From positions 2,232,001 to 2,296,000 of the forward strand of contig JBLDXI010000042.1 in assembly GCA_047495785.1 (NCBI GenBank): 64,000 nt of DNA. Direction: 5' to 3'. Both the position numbers and the translations under genes were made by a program. The notes beneath the pieces were generated by a model, which saw only the letters and a list, made by a program, of their open reading frames with translations, made no database searches and had not been told where the DNA came from. Each line of letters starts with the position of its first letter. The stretch's first letter is position 1. This stretch comes from Lepidodermella squamata. Its lineage: Eukaryota > Animalia > Gastrotricha. Positions 1 through 12,201 of this stretch are shown one piece after another.

Positions 1-1158
1 TCGGGGGCGATGCTGACACGATAGATGGCTGTGGCTTAGTCTCAGCCGCTGGTTGGGGGAATGCGGCCAATTCTACGCTGAAAAAGATCGATCTAAGAAT
101 TTATTCAAGATCTGACTGCATGGGGAATGGCGCTTACTCGAATTTGACGAGGATCCACGTTTGCGCTGGTCCGATTTCTAGTGGCAGTAGCAACCCAGAT
201 ACTTGCGGTGGAGACAGTGGCGCGCCTTTGATGTGCGAAAAAAATGGCCGGGTCCACGTGATTGGGGTAGTCTCTTTCGGCCAAATGCCGTGCGGAAGTG
301 GATGGCCGGGGGTTTATGCCCGAGTTTGCGAAGCTCTCCCATGGATTCGGGAAATTATGGGAAATTGGACCCAGGCTGATACCCGAACCCGGCTTCCACC
401 TATTGTGAGCTTATTTTCCTTATTTATTATTTTTTTCTAATATTTCCTTGTTAGTGCACCGTGCCAGATTTCAGCAACGGTTCTGCCTCGGATTCTGACC
501 TAGGAACCCCATTAGCTCCTATGAGTCGTGTAAATGTTGGCAAACGGGTTACATTTCGATGCAGGCCGAATTTCGGATTCTCAGAATCTCTAAACGACAC
601 CGCCACAACGAGCATGTGCATTTCGCCTGAAGAATGGGATCCACTTCTCAACTTCAAATGCATTCGAAACTGTGAGTATAATATAATATCTCCCCCGGTC
701 AAGTCTTTAGCCTTGAGATTTTGAATAGCTTGTGGACCTGTTCCTAATATTACTAACGGAAGGTTCGATAGCTCGAATGTTGATTTCACGGTTGGTGCGA
801 CGAGGCAACTTCAATGCAATCCGGGTTATGCTATGCCAAATGGTGGAGTTTTGAAATGTTTGGCTAACTTCACCTGGTCGCCATTGAATATATTTTGCGA
901 AAAAATAGGTAAGTAGAAATAATTGGTATTTTGTTTAAATTATTTTTCCTGCTTTTCTCCTGAAAAGTTTGCTCGAATTCAAAGCTTCCAGTTGTAACTA
1001 ATGGGTTCATTGAACCCGGGCCAATCGAAGTTGGCACAAGCCGGAGAATTACGTGTAAACCAGGCTATCAAATCACCGGAATCCCGACCATCACCTGCTT
1101 ATCATCCGGCAATTGGTCATCATTGACGAGCAATTGTTCAGCTATCATATTGCCTCAG
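1..1158 (+). CDS. Trypsin-family serine protease C-terminal half followed by three CCP/sushi domains (5' end outside window). Exons <1-404, 455-671, 729-908, 968-1158
   Basis: Frame 3 reads AAGWG...CAG...PDTCGGDSGAPLMC...GVVSFG.PCG..WPGVYARV, with the catalytic Ser motif and the S1 Asp. GT-AG introns with compatible phases join three C-x(n)-C-xPG[YF]/PNF-C-W-C sushi repeats (CTVPDFSNG..., CGPVPNITNG..., CSNSKLPVVTNG...). Confidence 0.9.
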
Positions 1159-1187
1159 GTTCAAAAAATGAAAATATATAAAAAATA

Positions 1188-1520
1188 GGATCGGTTCGCA
1201 CTTAAATAAGTAAACGTTTTTGTCTATTCGCACTTCCAGTAGCGGATAATTGAAAATTTCTTGCACAAAATATTCTACGCTTGAAACTAGGTATAAGGCT
1301 CATACTTCAACTGGTTGGAAAAAACGATTCCAGTGTATGCATTTTTAGCTGATAAAAGTAAGTGGAACCTTTCAGAAAGGTCGGGAAGCTCAAGATTCTG
1401 TTGTTGCCCGCAGTTTCAAGCGTAGAATATTTTGCGCAAACATTTTTAATTATCCGTTACTGGAACCCCTTCTAACTTCGAATAGTCAAAAAACCCGTAC
1501 TTACTCAAGTACGAATATCC
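1188..1520. mobile_element. MITE/foldback-like element, family 1 (intronic copy)
   Basis: Long imperfect inverted arms: ttccagtagcggataattgaaaa...aaaatattctacgcttgaaact versus agtttcaagcgtagaatatttt...aattatccgttactggaa. A related copy lies near 12.9-13.5 kb. Confidence 0.7.
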
Positions 1521-1631
1521 ACTCCGTAAAAAATGTTAGTAATAATTTTCAGCTCATCAGTAGCTCAACAATTTTTCCCAAGCTCAAGTTCTGTGAAGTA
1601 GTTTTATGATAACTTGGCAATTTTTTTACAG

Positions 1632-2429
1632 GGTGACGCTGAAACTGTTGGGCGCCAACTGGGTGATTCCGCTGCTAAGGGTGACTTCAAGTTTGTCAGC
1701 CAACTTCTGACTCAAAATCCCGATTTGGATGTTAACTGGGCTGACCCTCGCAATTTAACCCGTTGCCTGGTCAATGTTAGCCACGCCACGGCTTTGATTC
1801 GAGCCCTGCAATGCAACATCACTAGCGCGAGTAGGATTCGAGTTCTGAAGCTACTCCTAGATCGAGGAGCTTCACTTAATGTCACCGATGCTACTAACGG
1901 TTATTCCCCACTGATGTTGGCCGCGTTTTGGAACGATACCGATGCCGTAACACTGCTGTTGGATAAAGGGGCTGATGCAGCTTTCCAGCAGGAATTCGGA
2001 AATAAGCAAACACCGTTGATGATCGCAGTTATTAGGCAAAATGCTGACGTTGTCAAGTTATTGGTTGACAATGGAGCTGATCAAACTTTTGCTAGGCGAG
2101 ATATTAACGGAAGTACAGCTCTAAACTACGCCGTAATCAGCGGGTCGGATGATATTTGTGAATTAGTTCTAGGCGATACAGCGGCTGAATACGTTAACAT
2201 TCCTGATAATCAAGGCCAAACTCCGATAATGAATGCTATTCAAGTTGCGAAAAGTTACCAAATCGTTGATTTGTTGTTCACCTATGGCGCAGATAAGGTG
2301 ACTAAGCTGTTTGCGAATAGTTACCTGATTTCGGGCGGAGATCCGATAATCGCCGATATTCTGGCTAAAAATTCCGAGTCGGTTGACAAGGACGCTACGT
2401 CAAGATACGATAACTCAGTCTTGCAATAG
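1632..2429 (+). CDS. Ankyrin-repeat exon (about 6 repeats), probably the terminal exon of the protease-CCP gene
   Basis: Ankyrin motifs ATALIRA, GYSPLMLAA, QTPLMIAV, GSTALNYAV, GQTPIMNA and LLxxGA. A tttttttacag acceptor ends at 1631 in phase 0 with the CAG|gt at 1158, and there is no ATG for about 90 codons. Confidence 0.8.
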   Translation, partial: GDAETVGRQLGDSAAKGDFKFVSQLLTQNPDLDVNWADPRNLTRCLVNVSHATALIRALQCNITSASRIRVLKLLLDRGASLNVTDATNGYSPLMLAAFWNDTDAVTLLLDKGADAAFQQEFGNKQTPLMIAVIRQNADVVKLLVDNGADQTFARRDINGSTALNYAVISGSDDICELVLGDTAAEYVNIPDNQGQTPIMNAIQVAKSYQIVDLLFTYGADKVTKLFANSYLISGGDPIIADILAKNSESVDKDATSRYDNSVLQ

Positions 2430-2540
2430 GCAGTTTTTACTTAATGAAAAAAATCTAAAAAATAAATCATCTCATCCCCCTTAAACTAAATTTCGCTATC
2501 GAAATATTTTTCATAGAAGAAGAATAAATAATTATGAGTA

Positions 2541-2900
2541 TTAATCACTAATATTTATGTCATCAACATATTCAACCTTCTGAAATTTTTTCATCTTTTT
2601 GTCGTTTTTCGATTTTTTATCGCTGCTTTTCTGCTTCATGCGGCGCAGTTTTGCTCGCGTTTTTTCATCGCCGAATTCGCCCAGGCTTTGCTCGACGATT
2701 CTGTAGACGCCGGGGTTTTTCATCTGCCGAATGATTGAGCCCATGCTCCACACATTGGCTTGCTGGCTCTTCTCCTGGCTGTTCGCAATGTCGTCGGCTA
2801 TGTCATTGAGCGAACCAAACGCAAGAATGCCGTCTAAAATTGCATAAAAAATCGCCGTGTGGATCAGGTAATAAATCGTTGCGGTTTGAAGAGGTTTCAT
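2541..2900 (-). CDS. Small secreted protein, family A paralog 1 (119 aa, intronless)
   Basis: Hydrophobic signal peptide ending ILA, then FGSLNDIADDIA. Basic C-terminal half ends KMKKFQKVEYVDDINI. Homologous to three neighbours. Confidence 0.85.
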   Translation of the reverse strand: MKPLQTATIYYLIHTAIFYAILDGILAFGSLNDIADDIANSQEKSQQANVWSMGSIIRQMKNPGVYRIVEQSLGEFGDEKTRAKLRRMKQKSSDKKSKNDKKMKKFQKVEYVDDINISD

Positions 2901-3651
2901 TTTTTAATTTACAAAAAATCTAGAAAAATGCAGAGAACTATAAATTATTTTTTAGTGGAACACGCTTTGAAATAGAAAATGTTGAATGTACTAATAAATC
3001 GGCAACTAGACTCAGTGGGGGCCCTGAAAAGTCGACAATAAATGTATCTCTCATATTATGTCTCAGACCACCCGGCGTCACCGTTCTAATAGAGTGTTTT
3101 CAAATTGTTGTCGCAAGACAAAAAGTGCACTTATTGCTACTACATCCGCGTCCACTCCTGTTTTTTATTAAAGTGCGCTGATAAAATAATATGCACGAAT
3201 ATGCGTTACATGATGAAAAATTGAAATACGACACCTTAATTAATTTGACATTTGAATTCATAATCGCTGCCCTGGTTCATTGCAGTCGCTTATTATTCAT
3301 GATTTTTTCATTAATCATGCGATATACCTACCTAAAATGAGCAGCTATTTTTAGAACGACTCTCTGTCCCAAAATAAGGGGATTTGATAGGGTGAGATGC
3401 AAAAATCCCTGCGAAATCCTCCAGTCTACTTCCAGGTCAAAGATTTATTACGAGGAAGCTCGGCAGAAACAAAATCACCAACAAAAGCTGTCCTTAGCAA
3501 GGTTGTTTCCGAATGCGTGTGTTTCAACCTCCGCGTGGTGTGTCCGGTTTTGTTTTTAATAAAATTGCTCTGACATGTCGGCATTCTCCTGTTTACAGAA
3601 TGTTCAGTACGTTTGTATTAAGGTTTGCTCATTTCGTCGGATATTTCCAAG

Positions 3652-3812
3652 AGGCTATCCCTTTCGAACACGGACACTCCCATGGCTTTTTTGAGCAAAC
3701 CGCCATAATTGCATTCGATAAAAAGTCCAGGAGTAACGGGTCATAAATGAACAATATTCGTACAGTTGTGCAGAAAAGCTCATGGAGTGTGCGTTTTCAA
3801 ACGGGATAGCCT
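3652..3812. repeat. Short inverted-repeat (MITE-like) element
   Basis: aggctatccctttcgaacacggacactccatgg pairs imperfectly with catggagtgtgcgttttcaaacgggatagcct. Confidence 0.55.
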
Positions 3813-4488
3813 GGTAGAAAACTTCCAGAATATCGTTCAGCGGAACGAAATCTGCCTGGAACCAAGTTTTGGATAAGCCAGAGGTCGCTTTGAAGGAAAT
3901 TCATGAAATGTATGGATCCTGTAGTGAAGAATGCGTCTTATACAGAATTTTACGTTTAATTTGAATATGATTTATTTAAAAATTATGCCGATCAATCATA
4001 AAATCTTTGAAAGTATATCAAAGTGGTTTTAGGCCTATTGAAAAGTTCAACATATCGTTCCGCTACAGTCATATTTGGTTCTGCTAAAAGTAAGACCCGA
4101 AAACTTCCACAAGCTTAATACAAAAACCTTCATAAAAATATATTGAATAAGAGATGGAAGGATGTGAAATGTGAAATAAATTTGATATACGAATAAAATT
4201 GCACTACGACCTCGATTCAAAAAAGTTCATAAGAGATTTTGTGACCTTTTCATTACGACTGCCGTTAAATTTGATATCCTCTTAGATTTTCGAAGGAAAA
4301 ATGTGGAGTTCCAGCTCTGATCGGGAATTATCGATTCTTCTTCGATTTTCGAAAAAATAATAAGATGGTTCGAGACTAAGTATTCAACCCACCATATGCT
4401 CAAATTTATAATAACTCTGTTATAATTTTAGTCTATTTTATTTCCATTTTTTATTTGTTACTAAACGCAAGTTTCTAAGCTAATTTTT

Positions 4489-4881
4489 TTAGGCTGCAAT
4501 GTTTATATCGGCGACGTATTCGACGCGTTCGAATTTTCGCAATTTGCGTCTTCGAGGTGCCGCGCTTTCGATAGATTTTCCAAGCCCCAACTGCTGGCGA
4601 AGTTTCCTTAGCGCCAGTTGCCGACCAAGCTTGAGCTTACTGCCGAGGGCCTGCTGTACGAGTTTGTAGATTTTGAGATCAGAAGCTAGATGCAGGTTTC
4701 GGATAGCGTCCCAATTGTAGCGAACTGGGACAACTGGTTCCTCGCTGTCGCTTGGAGTATGATCCTCTTGGTTCTTACTCAAGGCGATGTCATCCGAAAT
4801 ATCGTTGAGAGCTCCGAAAGACAAGACAGAGCTTGCGAAGAAGCAAGTCGAGATAATTAAAGGCAAGTAAATCATCATCAT
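4489..4881 (-). CDS. Small secreted protein, family A paralog 2 (130 aa)
   Basis: Signal peptide ...ASSVLS, then FGALNDISDDIA, W...D.KIYKLVQQAL and RRRKLRKFERVEYVADINIAA. Confidence 0.88.
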   Translation of the reverse strand: MMMIYLPLIISTCFFASSVLSFGALNDISDDIALSKNQEDHTPSDSEEPVVPVRYNWDAIRNLHLASDLKIYKLVQQALGSKLKLGRQLALRKLRQQLGLGKSIESAAPRRRKLRKFERVEYVADINIAA

Positions 4882-5363
4882 CTTTAAAACGCGCAGATAA
4901 ATACTGACAAATTGTGGCTTAGTTTCACCGGTTTTAAACTGTCAGAAAATGCGCATCTGCTTAGTGTATATCCGACCCTTGAATTACTAGATTATAGAAT
5001 TTCGAATCATCGAGGCTTCACATAGATGCGCTGAAAGGACACCACGCCAACATGATGAAGAGATGAGTGTGAAATTCGTGCTCTATATTTGTCTGGTACA
5101 GCACTGATAATTTGTCTACATCTAGGATTCGTAACACGAGTTTGGGAAATCGGAGCATAAAACATCGTCTGGAGGATATGACTAGATCGAATGCGGAGAA
5201 TCCAGGCATATAGACGAATTGTATAGAATGACCTTTTCCTGAAACCCGATCACTATTGCCGTGATTCATCTTTACATCGATGAAATTCGCCAAACCCAAT
5301 ATTATTAACGGTCATTTTGTTTTATTTGTTACTAAAAAAACGAAAGTTTCCAGGCTTAATTGT

Positions 5364-5738
5364 TTAGGCTGCAATGTTTATATCGGCGACGTGTTCGACG
5401 CGTTCGAACTTTCGCAATTTTGGTTGACGAGTTGTTGTGCTTTTGTTAGGTTTTCCAAGCTGGCGAAGTTTCCTTCGAGCTATCAGTCGACTACGCTTGA
5501 GCTTGTTGCCGAGGGCATGCTTCACAAGTTTGTAGACTTTGGGATCAGATGCTAGATTCAGGTTTCGGATAGCGTCCCATTTGTATCGAACTGGGATAGC
5601 AACTGGCTCCTCTGAAGTAAGTTCTTCTTGGTCCTTACCCAAGGCGAGGTCTTCTAAAATATCGCTGAGAGATCCGAATGACAAGACCGAGCTTGCGAAG
5701 AAGCAAGTCGAGAATAGAATCGGCAAGTAAAGGTTCAT
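5364..5738 (-). CDS. Small secreted protein, family A paralog 3 (124 aa)
   Basis: Close duplicate of paralog 2: FGSLSDILEDLA...KLRKFERVEHVADINIAA. Confidence 0.88.
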   Translation of the reverse strand: MNLYLPILFSTCFFASSVLSFGSLSDILEDLALGKDQEELTSEEPVAIPVRYKWDAIRNLNLASDPKVYKLVKHALGNKLKRSRLIARRKLRQLGKPNKSTTTRQPKLRKFERVEHVADINIAA

Positions 5739-7305
5739 CTTTAAAAGGCAAATAGTACAGCCTCAAGTTTCACTCGGTTATAAATGGTCAGAAAATGATT
5801 GGATCATGATGATCTGCTCAGCCTATTTATTACCGACGCTTGGGTTGCTAAATGTTAATTCAATTAATTCAATTATAAAATTTCAAGTCACCGAAGCTAT
5901 TACCCTAATAATTCGGCTGAAAGGACACAAAGTCAACATGCAGAGATGAGTATATATGAAATCCGTGATCTATATTTGCCTGGTACAGCACTAATCAGTA
6001 GTCTCCATCTACGTTTCGTAAAACGAGAGACGCATAGTCTGGAGGAGATGTCTATTAGATCAAATCCGGAGAACCCAGACATATAGCCGACCTGCAAGTG
6101 CCATCAGAGTTGTGTAAACCGACAGGTAGAAAAGATCACCGGTATGGGTCTGGTCTCATTCAGGTCTCGTTGGAGCAAAAGTGACCGGGTTAACAGGAAA
6201 AGGACATCAAATCATATAATGCGATGATGTGTCAGTGTAATTTAAATTGCGATTCTTTGCTTTAACGATCGTCTAAATTATTCGCATTAAAATACCTAGT
6301 ACTTGATTTGTTGTCATTTACACGTCCTTTGAAAATCAGGTGAAAACATGTCGGTTTGAGTTGGGTCTATCAAGAAATTCCAATGCTGGAAAAAAACTAG
6401 ATGTTTCCATGTCTGAGTGCCAAATCGTTTTAGTGTCTTTGAAAAAGGCGGACTCAAGCTTGTTTTCGCCAGTTTTAAGGTGGTTGTTGGGAAGGGAAAC
6501 TTCTTTTTTCCTTGAGCAAAATTCCTAATTTCACCCAGTTGATCGCCGATAATTGGTAAAAATCGAAACTGGTCCCTGTCGTAAATCCTTAGAATTGGAA
6601 ATGAATCATAGGTAGCAATAGAATAAGCTGGCAAACAAAGTAGGTCACATGTAATTATGAGCAATTTTAAACTTGGCGCCATTTTCTGTCAGATAAAGCT
6701 GACGTTATCGACTGCTTCGAACGGCTTCGAAAATAACACTCATTTCAAGTGAATGACCTGCTTATTTCATTTCTTCAAAGATCCTTATGAAGTGCAATCA
6801 TAAAAGATGATCCAAGTTCCAAGTCGTTCTTGCAAAGATTTATCATGATCTTCAATCCTAGAGGAGACCTTAGCAGAACTCTACATCATATTAACCAGGG
6901 CATTAAATCCCTATTGGGGAAGTGGAGTTTATGAGACGAGTTTCGCTGGATATCCCTAAACCACGCTATGACTTGGGCCCACTTGCAACGAATTTGACCC
7001 AATTTTTAGAAAAACTCCAGCTCAGTCCGCCGATTTGCGACAGGGGCCTATATAAGATCGCCGCCTATAAAAAAGCCTAAAAGAATTCACATGGCTCGAA
7101 GCTGAAAGTGGCCGAAACCGAAAAATATACCACAGTGCGAACTTTTCGACGACTTGAACAAGTCCGAAGTTCAAATTAAATTAAACAATTCAGAAAAGTC
7201 ACGAATTATCCATAAAAATTAAGCCTGCGTAAAATTTTATTAATCCTTTTGAAAAATGTCCGATCCAGCGTAATATTTTCCAATCAATGGGATAAGGTTA
7301 AAGAT

Positions 7306-7686
7306 TCAGTGGGGCAAATTTATTTCTTCCACCATTTGAACGTATTCGAACTTTCGCAACTTTCGCCGCCGGTTACCATGCGGTGAAGTGGCGTTGAGTC
7401 GCTGGCGCAGTTCTTTCAAAGCTTTCTGCCGCCGCTGCTTTATCAACGTCTGCTGGTCGGCTAGCGAGTTCTGAACCATTTTGTAAACTCGCCGGTCTGA
7501 TGCGAGCAGATTCTTGAGCGATTCCCAATTCTCACGATACGGCACCGCCCCGTCGATGTCGTCCGTCGCGTCCGCAGAATTTCGGCTAGCTGCAATGTCG
7601 TCTGAAATGTCGTTCAAAGAACCGAAAGCCGAAACTGCGTAAACGAAAGCAAACGTAGTAAGGAAAAGTTGGAAAATCAAATGCAT
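7306..7686 (-). CDS. Small secreted protein, family A paralog 4 (126 aa)
   Basis: Signal peptide ...YAVSA, then FGSLNDISDDIA, W...LASDRRVYKMVQNSL and RRRKLRKFEYVQMVEEINL. Confidence 0.88.
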   Translation of the reverse strand: MHLIFQLFLTTFAFVYAVSAFGSLNDISDDIAASRNSADATDDIDGAVPYRENWESLKNLLASDRRVYKMVQNSLADQQTLIKQRRQKALKELRQRLNATSPHGNRRRKLRKFEYVQMVEEINLPH

Positions 7687-10266
7687 TTTTAACGAGACTG
7701 AGGTGATCTAACGTATATGACAGTCAAGTTCGTTACTCCTCAGACATAAACAGCTTAGATAATTAGATGTTAATGGTTCCTCGGCTAAAAATAATGCAGT
7801 GGAACATTATAATTAACTGTTCTCTTCCGTTTTTTCCGGGTTTTTTTCGCCGAACTTAGTAGAGCACATGACATGAATGACGAACATGGAGAGGATGCGT
7901 GGGTTTAGGTATTTAGGCAGCAGACAGGTTATCGATAAAATGGATCACGATCGCGTCGAGTTGTTAATCGCTATCGTCGTCGCTTTTTCAGGGATTTGTC
8001 GGAAGTGGCCGATCGGTAAACATCAGCTTTGATGAATGACTGAAAATGTCCAATTTTATCATTCTCACCTTGAATATCGGCAATTTTTCGGCTTTTTTTA
8101 GAACGAAAACTTTGAAGTTCCGACATTCTTATAAAATAATTCAGCCGTAAAGTGGAACAAAATTTGATGAAAATGGGTCCTGACGATTTGCCAGTCAGAC
8201 AAAGATATCTCGCAGGTTTAAACGAGTGTCACTCGAAAACGAAAATAATCACTTCTGTCTTGGGTTTCACTCAACTTCCGAACTTGTCATCCAGGCGTTT
8301 TTGCTCTTCACTTCATTTTAATTCAATTTCACGTCCTGCACTTCAATGATTACATGATTTTGATCTTCTTGAACATCTGTGCTTGCAAAAATCGGCTGTG
8401 ACCCATTTTGAGATTTGAGAAAATGTTCCTATATTAAAATGTCTTTCTACAGTGCAAGCATGAACGTGTTGCTGAGAAAATGGGCTTCAACGTTTACGGG
8501 TGAAAATTTAATTTCGAAAAATACGCGCTTAAAATTTCGCTTTTTATTGCATCAATTACCTAATAATTCGTCGCGCACTATTTTCTTATGCGCAATCAAA
8601 ATTTTTGAGGTAATCTGAGGTGAGAAATCTTGCTAGATATTCAAAAATTGGGATAGAATCAAGCTAGGCCTTTTCAGCGACACTTCGGGGTCTCCCGTCT
8701 ATGCGGGAGCTTCCTAGAGGTCTGAATTTTGAAAATTCCAATTCCTCAAGAAAAACTGGGAAGAACATCAAGGAATCCAATTATCGTCCCTCTTCGAGTC
8801 AACACACTTTCTGTTATTTGCTGTAAAATACAGAAAGTACGCCAAGCCTCACTTTTCACTTGTTAATAACGGTCATATTGAACTTTCGAGCATAAATTTC
8901 TGCTGAAAAAACTGGCAGTGCGGTTGATCGTGGAAATCAGCTGAGCGGTGAAAGATCCTAGAGGTTTAACCACGCATGAGTGGCCTCGATATATAAAGCC
9001 ACCTACAGTCAAAAAACCTGTGAGCGCAGTATTATACAGTATTACGTGCGATACGCTTTTACTAAAGGACATTTTTCCAATTTTGGTGTTATTACTGCGA
9101 AATTCAATAAACGACAGTTTTTTCTGAGTGACGAAAATACGCTCAAATTCGTATAATGATTATCTCATTTCGGAGGATGATTGATAGAAATAGCGACAAA
9201 ATCCAAATTAATTTTTACGGAATCGATCATCGTTGAAGATCTTCAAGGCTTGGAAAGTCAATCGATTTCAGGAAATCCTGCGTATTCTATAGGAAGTAAC
9301 AAGTTTACCTCGCCGATGAAATATGAAAACAACTTGTTTTGCCATTAGCAGATTGTCCCATATCAATTTGAAAAATAGATTTACCTACTTGTTTTTTGAC
9401 ACGCCTTCTTTGATGCTTTTTCGAGGGGGTTGGAGTAAACATCTTTATAATCATATATGTATCTTCATTTTAATCTGAGACTCAAAAATATTATTCCCAC
9501 ATGCCCATAGGTAAATTTTGTCAAGGAGAAACTGCGGACTTTTTATTTCAATTTTTTATGTTATTTTCACAGGGGTATGACCCTTTCCCGTCACCAAAAA
9601 GTGGCTCAAGATTGTGAGCGTGTGGGAATAGGATTACTCTATAGCTTTCCATGGATAAATATAAATACCCCCGATCTGGAACCTCGATTCATTCGGTCAT
9701 TCGTTCAGGGGAAGTGTGTCTGTATTCCGTGCCATCCAAGATTGCTCAATTCTCTATGGCTAGCCATAGAGAATCCCCATATTTCCCCCACACTGAGTTA
9801 TGAGATGCATAATTTTTTATTTTTTATTCAACAAGCCATGTTACTGCTTTACTTACTAACGGGTCATTTGTATAAATTATCACGTTTTTTTGTAGCTAAC
9901 TTGGATGACGCGGTGTTGTAAACGTTTCTGATTAGCAGGACAGCGAACTCCCTCGCAAACTCAAGGCGGTCGAACTTCAATTATATTCTGCTGGCACGAC
10001 GCACGTGGCTAATAACCTCTTGGCTAATTTTTTCTCTTCGCACCTCTTCCGCACGATTTGACGATGGTTCGATCACGCATGTTTTTTTTTTCTTAAAATT
10101 TAGCAACTCACCCTGAGAGCTATAAGCGGAATATCCGCCTTCCTTCCTTCCGCCACATTGTGTTCGTGACCTCGGAAATTAATTGCCGCTTTTTACAGGA
10201 ACCATACTATTTTATCATCCTTTAATTCGACACTAGGTTTTTTAAAGCAATTTATACCCACAAAAA

Positions 10267-10512
10267 ATGAGCTGTTCCATTGTTAAGCTGTGCGCCCTGT
10301 TCGTTGTTGTCGCCTCGCTAGCCATGTTTTCATCGCCGGAGGTTGGTGCCTACCAGCTGATGGCTGATCTGAAGGATGATCTCAGCCTGAACCAACCGGC
10401 AGCTGCGTCATCTCGAGCGCGACTGTTGATGCTGAAAAGTGGACGAGCCAACGCGCGTTTTCATCAACCCGGCAACCAGGCGCATCGCCTACAACAACGA
10501 AGCAGGACCTAA
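10267..10512 (+). CDS. Small secreted protein, family B paralog 1 (81 aa, short form)
   Basis: Signal peptide ending VGA, then YQLMADLKDDL. aaaaATG start context, ctataag at about 10120 and a downstream aataaa. Confidence 0.7.
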   Translation: MSCSIVKLCALFVVVASLAMFSSPEVGAYQLMADLKDDLSLNQPAAASSRARLLMLKSGRANARFHQPGNQAHRLQQRSRT

Positions 10513-12201
10513 ATTGTCGGCTATGATGGGCGCTACGCGTCACTAGAATGTCAATTGAACACATTTTCGGTTATTTTTTTTACCTGAAGCTACCATTTAT
10601 TATTAATATGTAAATAACACTTTGACCGGTGACACGGTGGCAGACGGCAGATAATAAATAATCATAGCCATGCTTTTGTTTTGAATACTGGATATAGCGA
10701 TGAAGATTTCCCAACTTGAGTTTGTTCAGTCTTATTCTATTTCCGTTTACGCCGAGCGACGAGCCTGGTTTTCCACGCGTGATAACTTATCAATCACCTG
10801 ATTTACTAAAATTCGCCGATTTTTACATAAAAATTCAGTTTTCTCATCAGTTTATTTGGCACGAAAACATTCTTTGGCACCCATGCTACAACCTCAATTT
10901 TTCCGCTTGATTATATCGATCGGCATTTTACCAGCTGATGGGATAATGAGCGTTGATATCTCGGAATTCTGGGACATCATGCGACAAATAAGTTTTCATC
11001 CACAGATAGTTTTCTCAACAGCAGGTTTCGAACGTCACAGGCTTCGAAATCTGTTGCGGGAACATGGTTTCATGGGGTAACTTGTCCGATTTTCCCGAGG
11101 AGAATGTTCGCTAAAATGAGCTCCTGGTGCAAAGCTGACCGATGAAAATTTGGGTATGAGAGTAGAACAGGTACCGCCTAGCCTCAGAAACCCGTTTTTT
11201 TGGCGAAGTTACCCCACACCACGGTATGAAGCTTTCAGTAAAAAGAGGATAGTTTGACGACAGGGTTAATACACTCAAAGATAAACCATCCAAATAACTT
11301 GAAGCAAGCATCAGTAATCAAGAGGAACTTGTTGCTTTCAAATCCCAAAACTCTTGTTAGATATTCAAAGATCCGTACTGCCCGAAAAGTTAGTCAGCCT
11401 TAAATAAAATTCGATCTCAAGTAAAAGACGGGGTCCGAAGGTCATTCAAAATAATAAAGGTCAGGTCGCCTACGCGTTTTATGTAGCATCATTTCCTGAT
11501 TTATCGATAAATTTCGAAATGGCTTATACAGGAATTTGAATTTTACTACGTCATCCTCATCATCGCCTTCTTTTCGGGTTAAAAACCCGAATAGAATATT
11601 CCCTTATACTGCTCTATAAATTGTGCTAAATGCAAAAAATGGCATTTTCAGCGCAGGTGTCGCTGTGTAAAACACACCATATTTCACAGAATTTGATCTT
11701 CGAGATCTCGAAATAAAGAGCCTTCAGCTGTGTCCGGGGGTAACTTAGCCCTTCAATGTTCTCCGATAGCCTCTTCAAAACCAATTATCCTTACCGGACA
11801 CGTTTTGGCAATTATCCTTAAAAAAATATATTATTCACCGATAATATTGTTCTAGATTAATGCGATAGTGGTTTTAATCAACTGAATTACCGCGCCATAT
11901 TATGTGTGCCATTCAATATTTTCATTGACGTTTTCATTTCATGTTTTCCTCGATAATTTTTTTCGCAGAGCTGGAATTATTTCGTATGAAGCGAGATAAG
12001 CCATCGGCAAAGCCGCCACGCTTCAATTAAATCGCACTTGAGTGAGATATTAGTCATATTCCCGCATTTTTTCCCGATTTCTCGCGATAATAAGGCTTAA
12101 ACATAGTGACATAGTGACGGATTGAGCGTATATAACTAGGTCGGGACCTCGCAATTTTTTCATAATTTTTTTGCAAGATTTTCTGTGACAAATTATTCAG
12201 C

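Larger units (their letters stand above)
4437..6095. repeat. Tandem duplication of about 0.87 kb carrying A2 and A3 with their flanks
   Basis: Flanks are shared as well as the CDS: ttttatttgttactaaa (about 4450 and 5320), and gctgaaaggacac...caacatg...gagatgag...ctatatttg.ctggtacagcact (about 5030 and 5916). Confidence 0.85.

Noticed and set aside
6314-9921. Short ORFs between cluster genes (for example 6314-6682 and 9577-9921)
   Set aside because: They lack the family motifs and convincing signal-peptide architecture.
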